The translations under genes and the position numbers were made by a program. DNA of 63,793 bases, filler included, from Intoshia linei (Eukaryota > Animalia > Orthonectida), in the NCBI GenBank assembly GCA_001642005.1. It is 4 parts of 4 records of this genome, joined end to end, with 100 filler letters (N's around TTAATTAATTAA, not from the genome) between each part and the next. Parts side by side here need not be neighbours in the genome. Positions count along the whole stretch, not along the records: positions 20,430 to 34,730 come from LWCA01000967.1; positions 34,831 to 59,238 come from LWCA01000536.1; 2 more parts are not named here. One strand, 5' to 3'. The notes under the pieces were generated by a model that worked only from the letters and a program-made list of their open reading frames with translations, did no database searches and was not told the origin of the DNA. The number at the start of each line of letters is the position of its first letter. Positions within the stretch are counted from its first letter, which is position 1. This document shows positions 26,201-38,414 of this stretch, piece by piece.

Positions 26201-28387
26201 GCTTAAGGAAAAAAGCCGCTTTTACCAATATTTTTCTGAATAATCATATTTTACTAAAAATGAATATTTTAAAAATAATATCCTTACTTATATATACAAT
26301 ATGTAAAGTAAAATGGTTAAAACTGTCTGTCTCTGTGTTTATTTGTTTGTTCTAGTTTATTTAAGAAAGTAAGGATAGTCCAGTAATACAAATTCCATAT
26401 TCTTATAACAGTTTTTCCAGATAATTTTTATCGCAAATTTCAATTTCAGAAATTTAGTCATTCAAGGTTAAAAACCTCAATTATCCTTTGTTTTTAAATT
26501 AAAATTCGTCCTAGAATTATAAAAAATACACATTCTAATACATAGTTGTAAATTTATCAATATTATGATAATTTTCAATTTTAAAATCTTATATCTTCAC
26601 GGTAAAGCCCCAAATTACCCTTTTTTGTATAAATTAGGAAAGCCCTAGAATTGTATACAACATAAAATCTGGGATGGATTTTAAAAACATAAGCATTATC
26701 ATAAATAGTAACGTCAAAAAAAAAGTAATTTTCACAGTCAAAAACCTAGATTTTTAAAAATGAAAATAGCCCTATAATTTAAAAAAATTACGGATGATAC
26801 AGTTATATCCAATTAACATACACAAAATTTTTCAATCTGATTAAGTGATGCCGTCATAGTCAAAAGAGCATTTTAGTATTTATTTTTTTATTGTATTATT
26901 TTATTTTATTAAAACAAAAAATTTGAAATAATTTGAAATTTGAAGTCCTACAATTAAAAAATATGATTATTATGATACAGCTTATTCCAGTTGATATAAA
27001 TATTAAATTTAAACTCCATAAATCTATCAATTCCGGTGAAAAATAATTTTTAATACATTATCATTGATATTATTTATCAATCTATCTATTTATCTATCGA
27101 TTTATCAATCAATATTTTTCAAATGTTTCTATTAAAATAAAAATGTAATCAATCATCCTCCAATTTCAAAAAAATGCGTATTGAATGTTTATACATTTCC
27201 CATAAAGAAATATGGGTGGAAATCATATTTTGTTTCAGTTCATTTTTGCGAATTTAGGAATTTTTTAAACAAAATTTAAATAAAGGAAAAAGGGGTTAAA
27301 TAATTTTAATAACTTATTATGATGATGTATATAAATAATTTTAAGTTCGGTTCTATCCGTTTATCTTTATGGTACAAAAAACTTTACAATATTATCTGAT
27401 TTTATTTAAAGTAATTGACAATTTAGGTTACTGTTTTTTGTTGTTTGATCAAGAATTATCAGTGCAGACTTTAATCAGTGCATGTCTCGTTGAAGACGAA
27501 AAATTCTATTGGTGTGTTTCAAGTCCCACAATCAAAGATAAACCGGTAATTTCAATTTTATTCAATCTAGAATCATACGGGCTAACGGTTGATGACATTT
27601 TGAATATGAAAAATAATTGATTACGATATTCATTGTTCAATTCAAGTAAATGAACGGATACTATTGATATTTAACAAATTTTTCCAACTTTAGCAATGTT
27701 AGAACTTTTTAAATTCGGTATTACCTTCCATCGTGAAACAGCTTACCACCTTAAATTAAGGTTCTTCATAACCCTCTTTGTAAAAATTATTAAGTTTTTC
27801 ATTTACTAATACATCGCTTATTGTAGGTACAGATACGACCATGGAATTTAAATGATACAGATTTTGTTTTAAATGCATCAGAAGCACTTGATCCGAGAAA
27901 AACCATATTCGTTGGTGGAGTTCCACGTCCATTACGCGCTGTTGAATTAGCTTTAATAATGGACAGATTATATGGTTCAGTCTGTTATGCTGGAATAGAT
28001 ACAGACCCTGAACTAAGATACCCAAAAGGTGCGGGAAGAGTAGCTTTCTCAAAACAAGAAAGTTATATCGGTGCCATCAACGCCAGATACGTACAATTAA
28101 ACCACACCGACATTGATAAAAGAGTATACTATTATCGAATTTTTTAATTCAATTTTTTTTAGGTTGAAATTAAACCATACGTACTTGACGATCAAATGTG
28201 CGACGAATGTAAAGGAGTCAATAGCCCGGGGCAATATGCACCTTTTTTCTGTTCCAGTGTATCATGCCTACAATATTATTGCGAAATTTGTTGGAGTGTT
28301 GTTCATTCTCGTATTGGAAATGATTTTCATAAACCGTTAGTTAAAGAAGGTTCGGATAAACAAAGATATTTACCCATTAATTGGTAA
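23297..28387 (+). CDS. CPEB2: Cytoplasmic polyadenylation element-binding protein, CPEB2/3/4 (Orb2) subfamily; about 5 exons
   Basis: RRM1 RYSRKVFVGGLPPDI...VDWPHKAESKSYFPPKG|YCFLLF, RRM2 KTIFVGGVPRPLRAVELA...AGIDTDPELRYPKGAGRVAF, and ZZ finger CDECKG...APFFC...CLQYYCEICWSVVHS. Confidence 0.95.
24717..25930 (-). mobile_element. Family A Helitron-like copy in CPEB intron 2
   Basis: Reverse complement of the 11424-12630 and 41789-42667 copies. Confidence 0.65.
26281..27240 (+). mobile_element. Family A variant copy in CPEB intron 2
   Basis: 5' tatatatacaatatg...ctgtctgtctctgtg start and an internal core shared with family A. Inverted match to 28880-29575. Confidence 0.6.
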
Positions 28388-28879
28388 ACTGCATACATTC
28401 TAGTCATCTCATTGTGATATTCGTATCATCAATATAAACTGCTTTTTGTTAATTTATCGGAATGTTTATACGAAAATTTTTTAGTTTTATATTTTTCTAC
28501 AATTCTATTTAAAAATGGTGGACCCTAAACAAATTTATCTGAAACGAAAACTATTTATTGTCTCGTTAATCAAATGTTGTTATTTATATTCATTATTTTG
28601 TAAACACATTTTGTTATTATTTCAAATATTTTATAAACTATCTCATTACATTTTTATATTTATAATAAGGGTTTCATAAAGATTTGTATATACTTTTATT
28701 TTGTCTCGATAACATTTTTCAAGGATTTGACGTTATTCATGATATGAAAAGTTGCATTCGAATAACCGCGATACATTAATAGAAAAAACACCATTTGCAT
28801 ACCCAATTGGGTTCCTAAATTATTTTTTCGATAAAATATCATTCATATCTAAAACACGATTATCAAAATTATTATTTGA

Positions 28880-29575
28880 TATTATGTATTTATTAAATAG
28901 AATAAGCTGTATCAGAATAATCTTTTTTTAGTTGTACCACCATTAATTATTTCAAATTGTTTGTTTTAATAAAATAGTTTCGAAATTAAAAAAAATGAAT
29001 ATTAAAGTGTTTTTTTGACTATGAAGGCGTCACTTAATCAGATTTAAATTTTTTCTGTGTGTTAATTAAATATAACTATCATCGGTAATTTTTTAAAAAT
29101 TCTAGGGCTGTTTTCATTTTTAAAAAAAAGGGTTATCTGGGTTTTTGACCGTGAAAATTACCTTTTTTGAGGTTATCATTTATTATAATGCTGATAAATT
29201 TAAAAACAATTTCAGAATTTATGTTGTATACAATTATAAGACTTTCTTAATATTTATAAAAAAGGTAATTTGTGGTTTTGCCGTGAATATATAAGATTTT
29301 GAAATTGAAAATTATCATAATATTAATAAATTTAAAACTATGTAATATAATGTGTATTTTTTATAATTTTAGGACGGGTTTGAATTTAAAAACATAGGAT
29401 AAATGGTGTTTTTAACCTTGAAGAACTCAATTTCTGAAATTAACATTTGCAATAAAACGTTACTCTGGAAAAACTGTTATAAGAATATGGAATTGGTAAA
29501 ACTCGACTTCACTTACTTTTTTAAATAAACTGTAACAAACAAATTAACAAACATACATTTTTAACCATTTTACAA
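28880..29575 (-). mobile_element. Family A variant copy downstream of CPEB
   Basis: Reverse complement of about 26310-26990. Confidence 0.6.
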
Positions 29576-29879
29576 AAAGTTCGATGCGCCCTTACCCGGA
29601 AGGAGGCTAGGTACTGTATATTCGGCAATTTTCGACGAATTGGGTAAAATTGGATTTTTCTAATAAATATAGATAAAATGTGATTGTTCACTTAAGGACT
29701 TATAAATTTTATTTTTTATTGTGGGGGTGAAACAAGGTTTTTATCATAAGATTTGGTAAAATTGGACATTTGCTTTAACCCTTTTTACTGTTAAAAACTA
29801 TGCAAATTTGCATTCAAAAAAAAATACGCGTACCATGAAAACAATGTTTTAATTTTAAATATAATTTTTATTAATTAAG

Positions 29880-30000
29880 ATTCCAGTTCCACAAGGAAAA
29901 ATTCCAGTTTTACCAACCATTAAAAGGAAAAATTCCCGTTTTACTAACCCTAAAAGGAAAATTCTATTTTTACCAACCTTTAAGGGAAAAATCCAGTTTT
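29880..30000. repeat. Tandem repeat, about 30 bp unit, about 4 copies
   Basis: Repeated ttttaccaacc..aaggaaaattcca units. Confidence 0.65.
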
Positions 30001-30901
30001 ACAGAATTTCGGAGTATCCCATAAAAACTCAATATCACAAACAAAATAAAATGAAGTTCTCAAATAAAAAGATTATCGATAAACAAGTTATAAACGCTTT
30101 AATACTTACTTAAACTGAATATGAAACATAAAACTTTAAAACAAAATAAAATTTTTGTATTAAAAATGGCTAGAATTTATCGCGTCAGTATTTTAATCCG
30201 TAAAATGTCAGTATTTTAGATATTTTGTCAGTAGAAATATTGAATTTTCAGTTGATATAATGAATTGTCAGTATTTAAATTGAAAGGACAGTAAAAAATT
30301 TTTTTTTGACAGTACTTTAAATATACTGTCAGTATTTAAATTGAAACTGACCAAAAATTCTTTTGTAAAATATATTACAATACTCTACTATTGCCATAAT
30401 TACATTCTATTTGATCTCATATAAAAATATTCTATGGTGTTCACACCAGAAAATATTTCTAATTTTTTTGTAATATGGTTTGTAGGTATAATATGGTATC
30501 TTAATAGTTCAGTTTTAATTTGGACTGTTGTTAAGTCTGTAGTGGATGATATAACTCAAAAACATAAACTCGATTTTTCCATTAAAGGTTGGTAAAATTA
30601 GGATTTTTCACTTAAAGGTTGATAAATTTTGATTTTTAGTAAAAATGGTTGGGGTTAAGAATATTCTCATTAATTATAATCGTCCCACTACATGGTCGTT
30701 TGAATGGATATATTTTATATTCATTTATTTTATAAATCAAGCACAGTCTGGGACATTTTGTCCACACCTTTTTTCATTATTTTTTATAAGAATATTCAAA
30801 ATTTTTAATAAATAAAATTAAAGTCAATGGTTAAGGGTTGATAAAATTGGATTTTTCAAAAAAACATCGGTAAAAGTAGATTTTAAATATTTAATTAAAT
30901 A

Positions 30902-31056
30902 AAGTGGCCAGAAAAAATACGTACTATCAAATTTTAGTTTATTTGGTGATAAATGTAAAGCCAAAACTACTTATCTATGATAACAAATAAAAATTTTCTG
31001 CTTAAAATTTATTCCAAATAAACTAAAAGTGATAGTACGTATTTTTTTTGCCACTT
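30902..31056. mobile_element. About 155 bp MITE with long TIRs and TA TSD
   Basis: aagtggccagaaaaaatacgtactatca ... tgatagtacgtatttttttt gccactt. A second copy lies at 47149-47303. Confidence 0.85.
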
Positions 31057-31336
31057 TAGATAAATTTTATGATAAAAGTGTGATTTTTGACTAAGGATAA
31101 TCTACAATGTTAGTTACTAATAATAATAAATATAGGTTTTTTCAATTTAAAATATTAAATTTTTGATGAAACATTATATTACAGGCTAATTACTAATTAA
31201 TTAACCTCATTGTTTTCAATCTAAAAATTTTAAATTTCTACCAAAGAATTGAATTAACAAAATATACAAAATTCAAAAAAATGAAAACAATTACTCATTG
31301 ACGAATATTTTATGAGTGTTAATAAATTTTTTGAAA

Positions 31337-31737
31337 ATGGATACCGTAAAAACTTAATAATAAAAGTAAAATGATTAAAATTAGGAATTGGAATGTATTC
31401 TTAAGAATTGTACCGAAATTTGTCACAAAATGTTACAAAAACATAAAAAGAAAGCAACTCCGGATTATTTAAATTTTTTGGACCAAATTATCAAAACACA
31501 ATTGGAAATGATGTGTTATGACTTGAAAGCTTTTTCTGGGTTTTATTACACATTGATTCAAATATATACGTTTTCAGACATGCTAAAAGGTCTACAATTG
31601 GTATTGAGGACATTAAACTATTATTGAGGCGCAATGATGATATCGTAAGTTTAATTTAACGGCGCATGTACATTTAAATCTAGTGTAAACTCGTGATGGC
31701 GAATTGCAACATTTGCGAAAGAAAAAAGAAAAACTAG
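31337..31737 (+). CDS. CENPS: Centromere protein S (MHF1) histone-fold protein, 4 exons
   Basis: Spliced product contains DLKAFSG|HAKRSTIGIEDIKLLLRRN, the CENP-S signature. Confidence 0.88.
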
Positions 31738-31739
31738 TG

Positions 31740-33089
31740 TTAATTAAATTTATTAATTGATTTGGTGGTTTCGTTGATTCGAGATAAAATGGACTGTACA
31801 TTGTTTGTAAATCTGAGAGCATCCAAAAACGGTAACAATTCCAAAAGTGCAACGTCTCTGAGTCCAGTTGTCCAAGTAGATATTGGCAAACCATTATCTA
31901 CAAGATCAGTTAAATCAAGTTAACACTTTCACTGTCTGTGTATTCTATAGTATAAAATCTATACTATAGACAGCATAATTTTGAAAAACTTTTCTTTTAT
32001 TTTCATACATTTTTATATAAGTAATTTAAAAATTATACAAGTTTAAATTAAAACGTAAATTCCAGTTAAAGGGTTAAATAATGTAAATTTACTTGGATAT
32101 TCTATATAGGCTTCGGGGCTATTATCGATGATTAGAATGTTGGATAAATCTTTAGAAATGATGGTCAAGTCTTTTACAAAAGTTCCATCTAACCATTTAC
32201 AATCCTAAAAGATAGTTTTAAAAATATCAATCAAAACTTACTTTGCGGTAGTGGCATTTTTTAAATAAATGATAACCATTTTCCAACCAACGTACAACAC
32301 TGCAACCGTAAACCTCAACACTTGCTGTATAGACAACAAGATCATACCATTGAGAAACCTAACAAGAATATCAAAAAATATAATAAACAAGTCTAAAAAT
32401 TACAGTTTTCAGAAAATGGTCGACATGAGGTCGCTTATACACGTTAACTGTATTAAATATTTTTTTCATGATTATCTAGAAATGTAAAAATTAAGATAAA
32501 GTAAAAAAATAAATGTATAAAGTAAATGCAGTGTCATCAACATTTTAAAGGCGACCTACGTAAATTTTCAATTTTTGCAGTGACTGACAATCACACACCC
32601 ATTAGTAAAAATTTAGAAAAAATAAACCAAAACTTTCTTATCGCAGATAGTGAAATTTTTTAAATTTCAAAAATTTACCTTTTCTCGAGATTCATTGACA
32701 ATGTATATATCGTTTAAAGTAAATTTAAAATCAGGAATTTCTACTTTTTGGTTAACTCGAAAAATTTTGGAATGTATCAAGGTTTCGTCTAAATCAAGCA
32801 CCAAGTATTTTTTTTTGGTAAATGCTAAATTTTGTTATCAGTGTATAATAAAAAACAAACACAATCGACATCTCATTATATTTGACATTTTATATTGTTG
32901 GTAATTGATGACCTGACTCGAGTAAAGCTAAATGTAATGTAAACATGTTTCAATCATTCAGATAAAATATACCTTTCTGCAACGAGGATGATAGATATAG
33001 TCACCTGCCCATTCAATGAAAATTTGTCGATAATAATAAAATACCGTCACTATCCAGTACCAAGTCAATTTAATGTGTCTAAAAATCAT
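31740..33089 (-). CDS. CTDNEP1: CTD nuclear envelope phosphatase 1 (Dullard), FCP/SCP family HAD phosphatase
   Basis: Hydrophobic N-terminus, [45 protein letters not shown] and [18 protein letters not shown]. Confidence 0.9.
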
Positions 33090-33346
33090 CCTTGTTTTTT
33101 AATTTAAAATTTTTCATTCCTTTATAATCAATTTTTTTAAATTAAAAATATATCTTTATATGGTTACGTTATGCAAACTAAAATATGTTCAATTTACTTT
33201 CAATTAAATTTAGCAAATGTATTGTCCAACTCAACCCTAGAATCTAGTATTTCTCAAAATCTTTCGCTAACAATGAATACATTAAAAATGTCGAGGATAA
33301 CGAAAAAAATAAAAATTTACAGCAGTATTCAGCATTTGTGATATTG

Positions 33347-33490
33347 ACCCTCTCCACATATTGAAATTAGAAAGTTCCCACCCGGGGCGTGGAGACAGGG
33401 TATGATGGATCTATTTTAAATAAATAGTGATGACAGGAAATTTTTGTTATTTCAGCAGGGTAATGCTGAAAAAGATTGATTCCTGAAGTA
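33347..33490 (+). ncRNA. Candidate structured small RNA (Sm-site or box C/D type)
   Basis: Three predicted hairpins, AATTTTTG at 33439, GTGATGA at 33427 and CTGA at 33483. No match to a known snRNA recognised. Confidence 0.25.
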
Positions 33491-33589
33491 AAAAATTGAT
33501 ATAAATCGAAAAAATATCTAGTGTAACTTGTTATAACAATTCAATTGTACGTTCCACTGTAGACAAGTTTCACTGTATTAGTAAAAAAC

Positions 33590-34730
33590 GTATAAAAATT
33601 GCGTAGCAATGAAAATCATTCCGAAGGAATGAATTATATAGATTTTCACCCATATTTCATTCGTTCACGATCATAACAGCGACTATTGCAAAAAGCATCA
33701 TAACAGCGAATATTGTTGTAACGTTGATAAATTTTATTCATTTTCGTCGTTAACATTTTCAAATTTTGGCTTGTAATAATTAACTAATTTCACTGCATAA
33801 CATTAGATTCATTCTTATTATTAGATTTTATAAAATCTTATAAAATAAATTGTTTTTTGATTATTTTTATTAATTATTATAAATTATTTATATGATTAGG
33901 GTTTTTGAGATTTGGTTTTTTAAAATATAATGGGAATCTTTAATGTTTATTTATAAAGATAATTCATTTTCCTTAATGTATTACTATAATGTAATATAAA
34001 TCTATAATATATTGTAATGTAATAGAGTTACGCTGTGAAAAATGTTAATTATTACAAGCCGAAAATCTTAACAATAAGAATGAATTAAATTTATCAACAT
34101 TACAACAATAGTCGCTATTATTAACGTCACTATTTCGAACGTCTTTCATTTTATTATTGGAAATGTGTAGACGTTCAATGCACATTTTTTTTGGAATTGT
34201 AGGATCAATATTTACATTTTAAATTCTTTGAAGAAATATTGGTTTGATAATATAATAAAAATTTTTTTTCATCGAGAATGCGTAGATTTCTAGGATTGAA
34301 ATTTTGTATTTATACTAACTGAAATAAGCTCTATCAGATTAATCTTTTTTTTTTAATTTTCGGACTGTTAATTATTTCACATTTTTTGTTTCAATAAAAT
34401 ATTTCGGAAAAAAATATATGAATACTAAAATGCTTTTTTGACCGTGAAGTCGTTACTTATTCGGATTGAAATTTTCTGTGTGTGTTAACAGGATACAACT
34501 GTACAACCTGTAAACTTTTTGAAATTCTAGGGCTGTTTTCATTAAAAAAAGAAGGGTAATTTGTGGTTTTGGCCCTGAAAATATAATTTTTTTAATTTAA
34601 ATTTATAATAATGTTTATGATTTTCAAAAAGAGAAACAACTGGGGTTTTTGATCTGTAAGATGTGAAATTGGGAGGTTGAAATTTATCTTATTAAACGTC
34701 CCGGAAAAAACTGTAATTGAAATGTGGTCT
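33590..34730 (-). mobile_element. Family A copy with an internal insertion, cut by the gap
   Basis: Matches 25460-25930. It is interrupted at about 33660-34140 by an insert with inverted ends. Confidence 0.6.
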
Positions 34731-34830
34731 NNNNNNNNNNNNNNNNNNNNNNNNNNNNNNNNNNNNNNNNNNNNTTAATTAATTAANNNNNNNNNNNNNN
34801 NNNNNNNNNNNNNNNNNNNNNNNNNNNNNN
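34731..34830. other. Assembly gap with TTAATTAATTAA linker
   Basis: N-run with linker. Confidence 0.97.
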
Positions 34831-35462
34831 TTGACACCTCTTGAATGAATGTTTATGATTCGAATCTATTCTGAATGAATTTAACACAAGTAATGACAGC
34901 CAATTTTTTAAAATTAATTTAAGTAAAAGTTTTAAAATTTTACAATTTACATTTTATTAGAATTTAAACTTTAAATTAAAGGTTTATGTGTTGTTTCTAT
35001 AGTTTTAAATTTTCTATCTCGCCAACTTTTTCTAAATCTCAAGAATGGCGAGTTATAGAGAGAATACTGTACAAACATTATATTGTTAAATTTTTAATGA
35101 AAATTATTATTAAAATTAAAAATTTTTGTATTAATGAATATGCATGAATTGTGAGTAAAACTAATATGAAGATTTTGTAAAATAACAGTTAATTTCGATT
35201 TTTACCGTGTTTAAATACGAAAGTCGTTATAATCTAATTATTTATGATTGTCTGATATACTAACTTATCCATCTATAACTTACTTTTAATGTTATATTTG
35301 TTTCATTGACTCATATGTAGAAGGGTTTAAATTTTTAATATGTTTAAAATATATCGACTATGGTTTATACAACATTGCCTATTTTTTTTTTAAGTGTTAA
35401 CATTATAATGGTTTAATACATATATATTACATTCCTGTATTTGTAATTTTTAAATCATATAG

Positions 35463-35663
35463 CTTGTGTAATTAAAAGAAACCCAAAGAACACAAAGTTT
35501 AAATTGCGAACAAGTCGACATTTATTGACTCTTATCTTGAAAGAGGCAGACAAAGTGAGTAAATTGAAACAAGCTTTACCACCAAGTAATTTTAATTTTA
35601 TAAAAAATTCAATTTGATATTTTAGCATTAAAAGTTGAAGATGCACACAAAAAAAGAAAATAA
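35463..35663 (+). CDS. RPL38: 60S ribosomal protein L38, last two exons; 5' exon(s) not found, possibly in the gap
   Basis: CVIKRNPKNTKFKLRTSRHLLTLILKEADKVSKLKQALPP|TLKVEDAHKKRK*. Confidence 0.88.
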
Positions 35664-35704
35664 AAGTTTAATTTGGTGGGTAAATAAATATTGACAAATA
35701 TTTG

Positions 35705-37591
35705 TTATTGTACAATTTGAGAATCTAATTTTTCTTGAAAAATTTCCATTCGTATAAGCGTTGTGAAGGGTTCGCGGCATATTGGACAAGTTATTGATTG
35801 GTATCGTATAGCTTCAGCACATTCTTCGCATAAACATAAATGTCTGCAAGGTAAAATTATAGTGTCACGTTTTTCTGTCATACAAATGACACATTCTTGA
35901 CTTGTATCATCGTCCTAGAATATTACAATTATAATATTGCTGCATTACCCAGAATTGGTTTAAAATGTCAACTAATTTGAAATGATACACCTATACTTCC
36001 GGGTCTTCAAAATTCAATCGAAAAAATGTTTTCACTCAATCCAGAATGTACCAATTACATTGTATAATTAAAATTTTTTCACTTTATTTACGATTTTTAT
36101 CGTTTCAAGCCTAAGATGAACTGAATTCTGCACAATGAGTATACAAAAAATTTTTGACATCAGGTATTGCATAAATCAACAATTTTATTGTCATCGTTCA
36201 TGAACCTGAAATTAACACCTATAACCCCAAATAACTTACCGAGTTTTTTTCTGTCCCGTATATATCGCTAAGAAAATACACAAATTTTCCAATAACTTGT
36301 TTTTGTCGGACACAATGTATCATGAAGGTATTGCGTATAAAATTAACTGTAATGAGGGCTAAATGGTGTTGAACATTGTCTAAATATTACATTTATTTTT
36401 TATAAAAATAAAAAATATACCTTTTTGGTCTTTATTGGATATTTCAACAATGATGGGATACACTATTTTTCTGGAAAAATTGTTCTAAATTTATTTTTAC
36501 TGGTACATATAAAAAGTTCCAATCAAATTAACAAAATATTTTCATAATAAACTAACGATTTGCATTGAAAATGTCAAACTAAAAATACCGATCAGATAAA
36601 TAATTGTATTATTATTTTCAGCAATATAACCACACTATTTAGTTTATCCAATACATTTTATTATAAAGTAAAAATTTACTTATTTTCTTTAGATCGATAA
36701 AATTTTATCAATAAATTCCCTATGAAATTAAACATAATTTGACTGACAAAAAATATATTAAAATCGAATTGAGTTGCACGGTTAAATATCTAAGGTTAAA
36801 ATTGAATTTAAATCCAAATATCGAAAATGGTACAGTGGGTAGTTCATCCGTACCATAAAACGTGGTACACGACGTTTCTGAGAAATAAAAGTACGTAATG
36901 TAATGTTACATGTAAAACACAAAAGTCTATATTACTGAAGGTTTTTTGATATGATTAGAATCAAAAGTAATTGGTTCAGATTCATAGGTTAAGCAATTTC
37001 CCACTTCGTAGTTTTTCTTTTCCAGTAATATTCCATAATTTGTACATTTCACTCTAAAGTAAAAGTATATAATTTTACCTTGTCAAACATTACTTTAATT
37101 CTCCATTAGTAACACTCTCTGTAGCGTGCTTGTGTACATTGACAAGGGTGGGTACATCGGAGTCAAAATTAAAAATTAATTTGTACATTTCACCTTCACT
37201 AACCAATTTAACAGTATCTTTGCGAATGTGTATCAAACTCTGGATTATTTTGATGGGTTTTTCTAGTTTGGTAAGAGCTTTGTCATTGAGGTGTATAGTA
37301 GTCAGATTTTTGAGATTTACCAACAATGACAATTCTCCAAACAGAAATAAATTTTTATTATTGTACTTAGCTTCGTATTTTTCATTGGCAATGTAGTAAA
37401 TATCTAAAATACATATGAAAAAATTCCAATGACTGCGGGAAAGTACTTGAAGGATTTTCATTCGAATGCCTCCGTAAATTTCTTTGGGCGTGTAAAATTT
37501 GTCGCCTCAATATTTGTTCCCTTCTTCGTTGATTATGGAAGGTAGTTCTTGTTGATGGTCTTCCTGTAATTGGTAGGAATATATTTCCCAT
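35705..37591 (-). CDS. MGRN1: Mahogunin/RNF157-type RING E3 ligase
   Basis: MGN N-terminus, FLFGEL, IQSLIHIRKDTVKLV, LIFNFDSD and C3HC5-type RING CVICMTEKRDTIILPCRHLCLCEECAEAIRYQSITCPICREPF. Confidence 0.88.
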
Positions 37592-38414
37592 TTACTTAGT
37601 TTTCAAAACATGAGTAAATTTGCTTAAAATTAGACCTATTTTTTTAATTGGGTCAAGTTAAATAAGTATATCTAATATCTACATACGATACACAATTTTA
37701 AGAGATTTGGAATAGTAGCACACTTGCTTTGATACATTGTGTAATATGTATCCAATTGATGAATTTATTTATATTCGTAAATTAACGCAGGTTTACCACT
37801 AGTTAGAATACTAACAACGCAAATAAAAAATAATTTCATTTATTTACATTTGTAAATTGGGTCATAATTTTCATATTAACTCAAATCGAACATTAGCATT
37901 TCAATCATTAAATACTAATGTATCCTGCCAACAGACATACAATCGCTGTTTTTCTTTGACCGACAAAAGTATATTGGTTAAGTTGGAATGGTTAATTTTA
38001 ACGGTTTAATATTGTTTTTATAACAGAATGTGTGAATCTAGGTCTAAATGTGACTTAATGAATCAAAATGCACTAATCAATAAATGGATCAATTGAAACA
38101 CAATGCTGCACAATACCTTTTATTAAGGAATGACAAATGAATTGAGTAAAATTTCAAATAACAATATCAAATTGTAATGCAATCATTAATTTTTAATTTA
38201 TTTTATCAAATTAAAATTGAATTGATATGACGACTTAATGTTGGTATAGTGACAAATAAATATTCACATTGAACGTATTCATGGAAACTATTACATAAAA
38301 ATTATAAATAAATATAAATTGATAATTTTTTCGCATATCTTGACTACAAATTAATACAAAAATAATTTGATAAAGTTTATTCGCTGAATTTTTTTTAAAT
38401 CTACAGTCTTGAAA

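Noticed and set aside
28388-28700. CPE-like TTTTAT motifs in the CPEB 3' UTR
   Set aside because: Expected by chance at this AT content.
33228-33242. CAACCCTA as a possible telomerase RNA template
   Set aside because: Incomplete match to CTAACCCTAA and no supporting structure seen.
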